Source: Eledone cirrhosa
Taxonomy: Eukaryota
NCBI GenBank assembly: GCA_964016885.1
Contig: OZ024761.1
Coordinates: 8,246,001 to 8,310,000, forward strand
DNA: 64,000 nucleotides
Direction: 5' to 3'
The stretch's first letter is position 1. Every line of letters starts with the position of its first letter. Both the position numbers and the translations under genes were made by a program. Shown here piece by piece: positions 55,113-64,000 of this stretch. The notes beneath the pieces are model-generated. The model was given only the letters and a program-made list of their open reading frames with translations, made no database searches and was not told the DNA's origin.

Positions 55113-55765
55113 GACATCATCATCTCAGCATCACACACTGGGGACATCAGCATCTCACATTGGGGACATCAGCATCTCACACTGGGGACATCAGCATCTC
55201 ACACTGGGGACATCAGCATCTCACACTGGGGACATCAGCATCTCACATTGGGGACATCATCATCTCAGCAACTCACATTGGGGACATCATCATCTCAGCA
55301 TCTCACACTGGGGACATCATCATCTCAGCATCTCACACTGGGGACATCAGCATCTCAGCATCTTACATTGGGGACATCATCATCTCAGCATCTCACACTG
55401 GGGACATCAGCATCTCAGCATCTCACACTGGGGACATCAGCATCTCACATTGGGGACATCATCATCTCAGCAACTCACATTGGGGACATCATCATCTCAG
55501 CATCTCACACTGGGGACATCATCATCTCAGCATCTCACACTGGGGACATCAGCATCTCAGCATCTTACATTGGGGACATCATCATCTCAGCATCTCACAC
55601 TGGGGACATCAGCATCTCAGCATCTCACACTGGGGACATCATCATCTTAGCATCTCACACTGGGGACATCATCATCTCAGCATCTCACACTGGGGACATC
55701 AGCATCTCAGCATCTCACATTGGGGACATCATCATCTCAGCATCTCACACTGGGGACATCTCAGC
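55113..55765. repeat. 21/30-bp minisatellite ggggacatcatcatctcagcatctcacact
   Basis: Starts about 10 bp after the exon 3 donor. Confidence 0.9.
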
Positions 55766-56236
55766 ACAACTCATTATAGAAGGGGCTTTACAGGTGTCAT
55801 CGCAGAACAACACATTAGCTCGTTCAACAAACAGATGTCAAAATCCAATAAGGACCTGTTAAACACACATATTGTAGCTTGTTCTGTAAAGTGGTTAGTT
55901 ATAGAAAGGGCAACCAGCTGTAGAGAAACCTGCCAAACAAAGGTTTGGGAGGACCCTTCAGTTGTGCCAAAGACATACAACCTTCCTCGCGTTGGTGATG
56001 TGTATGATAAACACACCCAGTACACTCTGTAAAGTGGTTGGTTATAGGAAGGGCAACCAGCTATTACAGGACCCTACAGTTGTGTCAAAGACATGACAAC
56101 CTCCCTAATGCTAGTGATCTACATGATAAACACACCCAGTACACTCTGTAAAGTGGTTGGTGATAGGAACAGCATCTAGCAATAGAAAAGCTGCCAACCA
56201 AAGAGCTGGGAGAACCATTGAGTTATGTGAGAGATA

Positions 56237-56455
56237 TCAACCCCCCTTCATGTTTGTGCCACAGTTCACTCAGTAGAGTGCAACCCCCTTCATGTTTGTG
56301 CCACAGTTCACTCAGTAGAGTGCACCCCCCCCCTTCATGTTTGTGCCACAGTTCACTCAGTAGAGTGCAACCCCCCTTCATGTTTGTGCCACAGTTCACT
56401 CAGTAGAATGCAAGCCCCCTTCATGTTTGTGCCACAGTTCACTCAGTGGAGTGCA
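56237..56455. repeat. ~43-bp tandem repeat, 5 copies
   Basis: caacccccttcatgtttgtgccacagttcactcagtagagtg. Confidence 0.9.
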
Positions 56456-57137
56456 GGAATGTGAGGTGTGTTCCTCTCCTGCTCTGGTCCATTTCAAAGG
56501 TCTGTAGCTCTGTTTAAGTACTGACTTGGTCTATAATGATGAGTCGAGCAACATGCTTTACGGCATAGAGTTACAACCCTTTACATTCTGAATTCAAATC
56601 TTACGGGTGGGTCGATAAAATAAAGTACCAGTAACAAACTGGGGCGATTTAATCGACTATCTCCTTCCCCAAAATTGTTAGCCTTGTGCCTAAATCAGAA
56701 ACCATCATTATTATTGTTGTTGTTGGCAGTATCGGTAGAGGGTCGGACGCCATGCTTTGCAGCACAGAGTTAGGTCCCTTTGTGGACTGAGTTCAAATCC
56801 CGCTTTGCCTTTCGTCCTTAAGGGGCCGATAAATAAAGTACCAGTAATGTACTGAGTAATTTGCTGGCATTGTGCCAAAAGTAGAAACAATTAATATTAT
56901 TATTATTGATCTAAGGGCGGTGGATTGGCAGTACCGGTAGAGGGTCGGACGCCATGCTTTCCAGCATAAGGTTATGTCCCTTTACGGTCTAAGTTCAAAT
57001 CCCGCCGAGGTTAACTTTGCCTTTCATCATTACGGGGTCGATAAAATAAAGTACCAGTAATGCACTGGGTAATTGCTGGCCTTGTGCCAAATGTAGAAAC
57101 AATTATTATTATTTATCTTTCACTTCTTCACTCTCTC

Positions 57138-57545
57138 TTTCTCGGTTAACCTCTCCCATATTTCAGGCCTACCCTTCTTTCTTGGTTAGCCTCACACATA
57201 TTTCAGGCCTACCCTTCTTTCTTGGTTAGCCTCACACATATTTCAGGCCTGCCCTTCTTTCTTGGTTAGCCTCACACATATTTCAGGCCTACCCTTCTTT
57301 CTTGGTTAGCCTCACACATATTTCAGGCCTACCCTTCTTTCTTGGTTAGCCTCACACATATTTCAGGCCTACCCTTCTTTCTAGGTTAGCCTCACACATA
57401 TTTCAGGCCTACCCTTCTTTCTAGGTTAGCCTCACACATATTTCAGGCCTACCCTTCTTTCTTGGTTAGCCTCACACATATTTCAGGCCTACTCTTCTTT
57501 CTTGGTTAACCTCTCCCATATTTCAGGCCTACCCTTCTTTCTTCT
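57138..57545. repeat. 40-bp tandem array (~10 copies) abutting the exon 4 acceptor
   Basis: cttggttagcctcacacatatttcaggcctacccttcttt. Confidence 0.9.
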
Positions 57546-57564
57546 CCCTTTTTGTCTTTGCCAG

Positions 57565-57878
57565 GTGACACAACATTTGAACTTTTCCTCTCGGACCCTC
57601 CTGCAGACCTCCTGAAGGTCAAGCTACTGATAGTGGAAGCTACCTACCTAGAAGGCTTCTCTCCTGGCATCATCAAGAAAGCAAGGTTACGGGGTCACAC
57701 CCACTTATCGGAGATAATCCAACATGAATCATTATTTGAGAATATTGACCACATACTTTTGATTCACATGTCCGACAAGTACTCGGTCCAGTTCGCTCTT
57801 GATGCCATTCAATACCAGCTGCCCGACAGCTTGCTGAAAAAAGTGCAAATTGCAACATTGGCTAAACAAAAGTTGTAA
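57565..57878 (+). CDS. tRNase Z TRZ1-type - exon 4 (GDTT, VEATY, GHTH, LIHMSDKY, stop)
   Basis: Acceptor tttgtctttgccag|GT completes Gly of TGDT; TAA at 57876-57878; AATAAA at 57947-57952; total CDS 1170 bp = 389 aa. Confidence 0.9.
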
Positions 57879-58199
57879 CCAAGCTTGGCAATTGTATTGT
57901 TGTTGTTGTTGTTATTATTTAGGCTTTTTTTTTTTTTTTTTTTTATAATAAATTCTTTACCTGAGTTTGCAGATATGGGATGGTGTGTTAGATTCTTTGA
58001 AGTATTGGATGGTAGACATAATTCCTTGTCCCAGTTTAACACCACCACCACTTAACTGACTGACTGACCCATAGGGGAGGGGGGATGTTGTGGAGTTCAA
58101 TCTGCTTCAAGCAGTTTGGCCAGGTCTATGGTCTTAGGATAACTTCCTCTCCTCCTCCCAGCAATCTAAAATATTTTGAAATGAGTTCGTCGGCTCTGC

Positions 58200-60445
58200 C
58201 CCACCTCCCAACACTCAGTAATGTCAAAAGAAGAATAGATGGAAAAAATATGGAATACTGAAAGGGACGAAATGATGGAGAAAGTATGGAAGACTGAATT
58301 AGAGATGTACAATATAGAGGAACAGTGTGAATTGCTGAAGGTGACAGATGAAATTTGTCGCTGGAGCAGACCTTTAGGCAGGTGGAGAGTAACTTGGTGG
58401 TGGAACAATAAAGTGGAGGAGACAATCAAGGCCAAGAAGCAGGCTTGGAAAGTATGGCGGGATAGAGGAAGATGGCCAGGAAAGAAGCTAGGCGACAAGT
58501 GTACTTTGCAAGAGAGAGGGGGAGCAGAGGATAGAAAGTTCAAGCATGTTCTACAACGCAAGGACCAAAACTGTGAGGTGTTCAGGATTGCAAGACAATG
58601 TGTCAAGGAAAACTGTGATATTGTCGAGGAGAAGTGTGTCCGTAATGATGATGGTGTACTTGCCCTCACTGATACTGATAAGAAGGTAGCTTGGAAGTGT
58701 CACTATGAGAGACTACTAAATGAGGAGAATAAATGGGAAAAAGATAGTCTGCCCCAAATTGATCCAATAGAGGGACCAGCTGTGCAAGTTAAAGGTAGTA
58801 TAGTAAGTAAGGCAATCAAAGATATGAAGACAGGCAAGGCAGCTGGGCCTTCGGAGATAGTTGCTGAGATGTTGAAAGCATCTGGAATGGTGGGACACAC
58901 TATGGTCACCCGGATAGTAAACCAAGTAATACAGAATGGGGTCATACCAAAAGACTGGCGTAGCAGCATCATCATTAACTACTACAAGGGTAAAGAGGAT
59001 ATTCTAGATAGAGAAAACTATAGAGGCATTAAGTTAGTTGACCAGGTTATGAAGGTCACAGAAAGAGTTATAGCGCAACTAATCAGAGAGTGAATTGATC
59101 TAGATCAAATGCAGTTTGGGTTTGTGTCAAGTAAAAGTACCACAGATGCCCTCTTCCTTGTACAGCAACTAAAGGAGAAGTACCTAGCTAAAAGTAAACC
59201 CCTATACTTAGCTTTTGTTGACTTGGAGAAAGCCTTTGACAGGGTCCCACGCCCCATTATCTGGTGGGCTCTCAGAAAACTAGGTGTCGATGAATGGCTT
59301 GTGAGAGCTATACAAGCCATGTATTAAAAAACAGTCAGCAAGGTTAGAATTAACAACGAATATAGTGAAGAGTTTAGCGTAAAAGTTGGGGTTCATCAGG
59401 GCTCCGTCCTTAGCCCCCTCCTATTTATTATTGCCCTTCAGGCTATAACAGAGGAATTCAAGACCGGCTGCCCATGGGAACTCCTATACGCAGATGATCT
59501 AACTCTCATAGCTGAATCTATGGCTGAACTAGAGAAGAAATTCCAAACATGGAAGCATGGCCTAGAATCAAAAGGCCTTAAAATTAACTTGTCTAAGACT
59601 AAAGTTCTAGTATGTAGGAAGGAAAATAGGGCACTGGTCCCATCTGGGAAATGGCCATGCTCTGTGTAGGAAAGAGTAGGCAGAAATTCAATTTTATGTC
59701 CCAAATGCAAAGTATGGGTGCATAAAATATGTAGTGGGATCACAGGTAAGCTAACTAAGAATATAGATTTTATATGTGGCCGGTGCTCTGGTGCAATAAG
59801 TAGCAGCAAGTGCCCACAGAATACTAGCCCATTCCATTGCACAGATGGTTCTATAGAAATAGTGGACACCTTCCGTTACCTGGGTGACAAATTCAGCAGT
59901 GGTGGAGGGTGCTCTGAAAGTACAGTAGCTAGAGTCAGAATGGGATGGAAAAGGTTCAGAGAGCTTATACCACTATTGGCCGCTAAAAGTTTCTCTCTAA
60001 AAATGAAAGGCAGGCTGTATGATACCTGCATACAAACAGCAATGTTGCATGGCAGTGAGACCTGGGCATTGTGTGCAGAGGAAATACGCAGACTGGATAG
60101 GAACGAAGCTTGCATGCTCCGCTGGATGTGTAATAGTAATATACGTGAACGGCAAAGCATAAGTGAACTAAGTGAGAAATTAGGAATAAGAGGAATCAGA
60201 TGCTGTTTACTCCAGAGAAGACTACGTTGGTATGGTCACGTGATACGCATGAAAGACGACAGCTGTATAAAAAAGTGCAGGGCGATCAAAATAGACGGTA
60301 GCCACGGAGTGGGCAGACCCAGAAAAACCTGGGACGACTTGATAAATTACGACCTCACACACTTACACCTCTCCAAGACAATGTCACCCGACCGAGATCT
60401 TTGGCGCTACACAGTAATACAGAAGACCCACCTTGCCTAAGTGCA
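58200..60445 (+). mobile_element. RTE-clade LINE, 5'-truncated with several stops (RT, PHD finger, C-terminus)
   Basis: GKAAGP, NYRGIKL, QFGF, DLEKAFDRV, GVHQGSVLSPLLF, LLYADDL, FRYLG, RRLRWYGHV, GRPRKTW. Confidence 0.92.
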
Positions 60446-60454
60446 TAGCGAAAC

Positions 60455-60825
60455 CTACAGTCAGTAGGCACCTCTTAACCAAAATACACCCCAGTCCCAC
60501 TACCCCCACCTCATCCACACCACCCCTTTCAATGTAAAGTTATGTTGGTACCACAACATCCAATCCGAAATAAATGAGGTCGTGTAGGTTTCACGACAAA
60601 AAAACACACAGTCCACGCTGTAATATGGCCGTGTAGGTAACACGGTAAAAACCTCCCAGTCCACACTGTAAACGTGGTTGGTGTTAGGAAGGGCATCCAG
60701 CCGTAGAAAACCTGCCAGACAGTCCTATACGAGCGAGACAACCAGTCTTGCCTCAAGTGGGAAAATCACCGTCCAAACCCATGCCAGCGTGGAAGATGGA
60801 CGTTAAATGATGATGATGATGATGA
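60455..60825 (+). mobile_element. Family C element directly after the RTE end
   Basis: Same sequence as the reverse complement of 5665-6140; (atg)n tail. Confidence 0.75.
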
Positions 60826-60894
60826 TATATATACATATATATATATACATATGTATATACATACGCACTCACAAATACATACACACCCACACAC

Positions 60895-61330
60895 GCGCGT
60901 ATGTATAAACCTTATGCATTTCTACAGTAATTTTCACCAAACTTAAGACACAGGTTACTTATGTACTCTGGATGGTCAGGGCACTTTCATTTTTCCAGAT
61001 ATTGATTATAGGACCTCCCGGCAGATAACCCCATTTAACCACTTCCTTGGAGTCGACTGAAGAACTGCAGTGCAATGCAACAAAACGTCTTAACTTCTGG
61101 AGTTCGCAACCGATTTTCACAAAACTTGACACATGGGCTACGTTTGTCCTACAGATGAATGTGAATTGGCACATATTGAGTAGGGGACTCCTGGGGGCAG
61201 GAACCCCCTTTTGGAAAAAGCCGATGATTTTGTAAAAGTATAGTTTTCGAAGCAGCACTGAAGTATTGACATAAAAGGTATACACAACTGCTATTTAATA
61301 CCCGAGCAACGCCGGGTACCTCTGCTAGTA
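60895..61330 (-). mobile_element. Helitron/Helentron-like non-autonomous element
   Basis: Ends in cccgagcaacgccgggtacctctgctagta (reverse complement of the 50503 terminus type); remnant terminus also at 61953-61982. Confidence 0.55.
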
Positions 61331-61539
61331 TAATTATATATTCGTGGACAGATATTTTTGCATACACAAAAACAAAATATAAACAGCAGCAAAAACAACA
61401 ACAAAAAAGAGAGGGAACGCAATTACATGCTTTTGAAAAATCTTAATGGAAAATTATTTGCCTATTCACCCAAGGTGACTTCACTTTTTATTAGGACTTC
61501 TGCATCAATTGGTGAACATACAACGAAACATTGAAAGGA

Positions 61540-61790
61540 GTAAGACAACACCACTCTCCACCACTGCAGTCCCACATGCTTACTGCTCTCTAACTATTGA
61601 TTTCATTGTACCATAGCACAACAGTAAGACAACACCACTCTCCACCACTGCAGTCCCACATGCTTACTGCTCTGTAACTATTGATTTCATTGTACCATAG
61701 CACAACAGTAAGACAACACCACTCTCCACCACTGCAGTCCCACATGCTTACTGCTCTGTAACTATTGATTTCATTGTACCATAGCACAAC
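61540..61790. repeat. 84-bp tandem repeat, 3 copies
   Basis: agtaagacaacaccactctccaccactgcagtcc...ccatagcacaac. Confidence 0.9.
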
Positions 61791-62059
61791 AAAGACATGT
61801 TCGGTTTGTCGAATGCCTTTTTACTTAACCCTATCGTATTGGCTTTCGTGGGTTGAACATTTTACTCTCAGGCACCCAATTAAGTTAAACCCCTGGTAAT
61901 CTCTGTACTGTTTCAGAAAGGAGGGATAAACATGCCAATCTATGTTTAGAATCCTGAGCAACGCCGGGCCATTTTGCTAGTATATATTAAAATAACAGAT
62001 TAAAGTTTAAGCAAAGGATCGCTGCTTTCACCCTTAACGGGATCTTCTGATTATTATTA

Positions 62060-62520
62060 TTATCATTATATATATATATATTTATGTAGAAAGATTTGAA
62101 TGGATACAGTTTAGTTGAAAGGAATTTATTGACACGTGTTTCTATAACAGTTACATAACCTAAAACAGCTGCTATCTACAAACTTTTAGTTATGCAGACA
62201 TTCAATATTTCAATGTTATTATTTACTGTCATTTCATCAGAATAATATTACTGAGGACCTATTTAGTTTTTATAGAGAATATTAGGAGGGAGGGGTGAAG
62301 TTGTTAGAAGAATAGTTGAAGGAGTGGTTTTTCGATAGCAGTGAGAATTCTTGGTGGCAGTGAGTAATTAGATTCCCATCTGTTGTTTTGACATTTTTTA
62401 TAGAATATATTATTGGTTATTTTTCTAAATCTATAGAAGGATTAGAGATAGTAAAGATATGCGTGGTTGGTTTTGTGTTTGCACTTAATTAACATTCAGA
62501 CTTAAATTTTTCTTTCAAGT
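62060..62520 (-). mobile_element. Penelope-like element 3' end (ORF tail plus pLTR)
   Basis: Reverse complement has a ...SEC..KCKHK-like tail upstream of the hammerhead. Confidence 0.5.
62126..62245 (-). ncRNA. Hammerhead ribozyme with long stem II insert, in a Penelope pLTR
   Basis: ttatt-CTGATGA-aatgacagt...actgttata-GAAA-cacgtg-TC-aataa. Confidence 0.65.
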
Positions 62521-62828
62521 GTACGTATCCTTTCACCCACGCATTCACACACAAATATATTTGCACACCTCTACAAAATACATATATTCACAATTCACAT
62601 ATTCATACTTACATATATATACACATGCATACACATATATATACACACATGTATTCATGTACATACATACGCGCTCATGTGTATACATTTTCATACTCAA
62701 CTTATCTTTATATACACACGTATAGATACACACATATATACATACATACTCTAGTCCATGTGTACACACATACACATACATACACATACATACACATCCA
62801 TATACACATACATATATATACACATATA

Positions 62829-62866
<38 letters not shown>

Positions 62867-63049
62867 CATATATATACATACATATATATAAGCACTTTAA
62901 TACATGAATACACTTACATCTAACTATACACATCAAACATATATATATATATTTACTTATTTATATACATTTTCACATATATATACATACTTATGGACGT
63001 TTTTTGACACATTCATTATCGCATATTTGTACCTATTCTCATCAGCATA

Positions 63050-63375
63050 TCTTTCCATTATTAGTGTGGTAATTTAAGGTTATTAATATATGTTGAGAAG
63101 AGATTGTTTTTATATTTTTCTAACTAGATTAAGGTTTATATAGTTGGGGGATGTCCCTCTTTTATGTAATATTCGGCTTGTAGTGGGAAAAAAGGGTTTT
63201 AGTTCTGTGACGGCAGAATAATGTTCGTTCAATTCTGTTATTCAGCAGTTTCTTCTTGTGTGTGATTATGTAATAAATCTCAAGATTACACAATTTGCAG
63301 AAATTTTGGCTCCTGGAAAAGCTTTGGGTTTTAGCTAATTTTTCCCATTTTAGGGTAAACTTTTGATCGATATAT
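63050..63375 (-). mobile_element. Penelope-like element GIY-YIG endonuclease C-terminal remnant
   Basis: Reverse complement FTLKWEKL...CKLCNLEIY...LLNNRIERTLFCRHRTK fits the Penelope CxLCxxE...LLNxRxE...CRH tail. Confidence 0.65.
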
Positions 63376-63399
63376 TTATGTATGTATGTATATATATAT

Positions 63400-64000
63400 A
63401 TTTGGGACGTTCGGAAAAAGGACCACTCTTACAGGAGCTTCGTTGTTACGATCTTGATATCGTGGCTTTATCTGAGATGAGGCTAGCTGGAGATGGTCAT
63501 CTTACAGAATTTTGTGGAGAATATACATTCTTCTGAAAAGGAAGAGATGAAGGAACCAGAAGAGAGGCTGGGGTAGCATTTGCTGTTAAGACTGCTCTTG
63601 TGGATAAATTAGAAGTATTCCAAGTGGGGATTAGTGAGCGTCTTATGTCCATGAGAATTCCGCTGGACAAAGGAAGATATGCGACCCTGGTGAGTGTGTA
63701 TGCTCCAACTATGAATTCTGTCGAAGAAAAAGTTTCCTTTTACCATGCCTTGAAAGGTGTTTTAAGAAATATCCCTCAGGCAGACAATGTCATCGTGCTT
63801 GGTGACTTTAATGCTAGAGTGGGTAGGGATTTTAACACATGGAATGTAATCGGAAGGCATGGGGTGGGAAAGTGTAACAACAATGGTATGCTCCTGCTGC
63901 AGATGTGTGAGGAACTGGATCTGTGTGTGACCAACACCATGTTCCAGCAAAAGAACAAATTTAAGACCACATGAATGCATCCTGCATCTAAGGAATGGCA
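63400..64000 (+). mobile_element. RTE LINE apurinic-endonuclease fragment with stops
   Basis: LDIVALSE.R, GVAFAV, ERLM, VSVYAPT, VLGDFNARVG, NG.LLL..C...L.VTNT.F, TT*MHP. Confidence 0.85.

Noticed and set aside
54445-55650. 401-aa ORF
   Set aside because: Only 54904-55102 is a real exon; the rest is read-through of flanking minisatellites

Overview
AT-rich, repeat-saturated eukaryotic DNA. The SINE/LINE content, 5S sequence and (TA)n load suggest an animal, most likely a cephalopod such as an octopus (inference). Most ORFs in the track are microsatellite or tandem-repeat artefacts. Two convincing protein genes lie on the + strand. (1) An intronless-CDS type II membrane glycosyltransferase of the fungal Anp1/Mnn9/Van1 (GT62) family at 34036-35127. 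(2) A 4-exon, 389-aa short tRNase Z of the plant TRZ1/Thermotoga (TM) type with a mitochondrial-presequence-like N-terminus at 41420-57878; it is invisible as a single ORF and was assembled from phase-compatible splice sites. A weaker candidate minus-strand gene starts near 14.2 kb. Also present: an orphan 5S rRNA copy; RTE, CRE, L1/Tx1 and Penelope retroelement remnants; tRNA-derived SINEs; piggyBac-, Tigger- and Helitron-like non-autonomous elements; a 200-N gap; and many minisatellites. Notable hidden structure: more than 10 minimal hammerhead-ribozyme motifs, including U3-A8 and A4 core variants, sit in short, often fold-back elements inserted in (TA)n. Two large adjacent satellites (89 bp and 49 bp) each arose from the same endonuclease-coding segment of two CRE retrotransposon copies. 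A ~37-copy array of Pol III B-boxes lies between the two genes.
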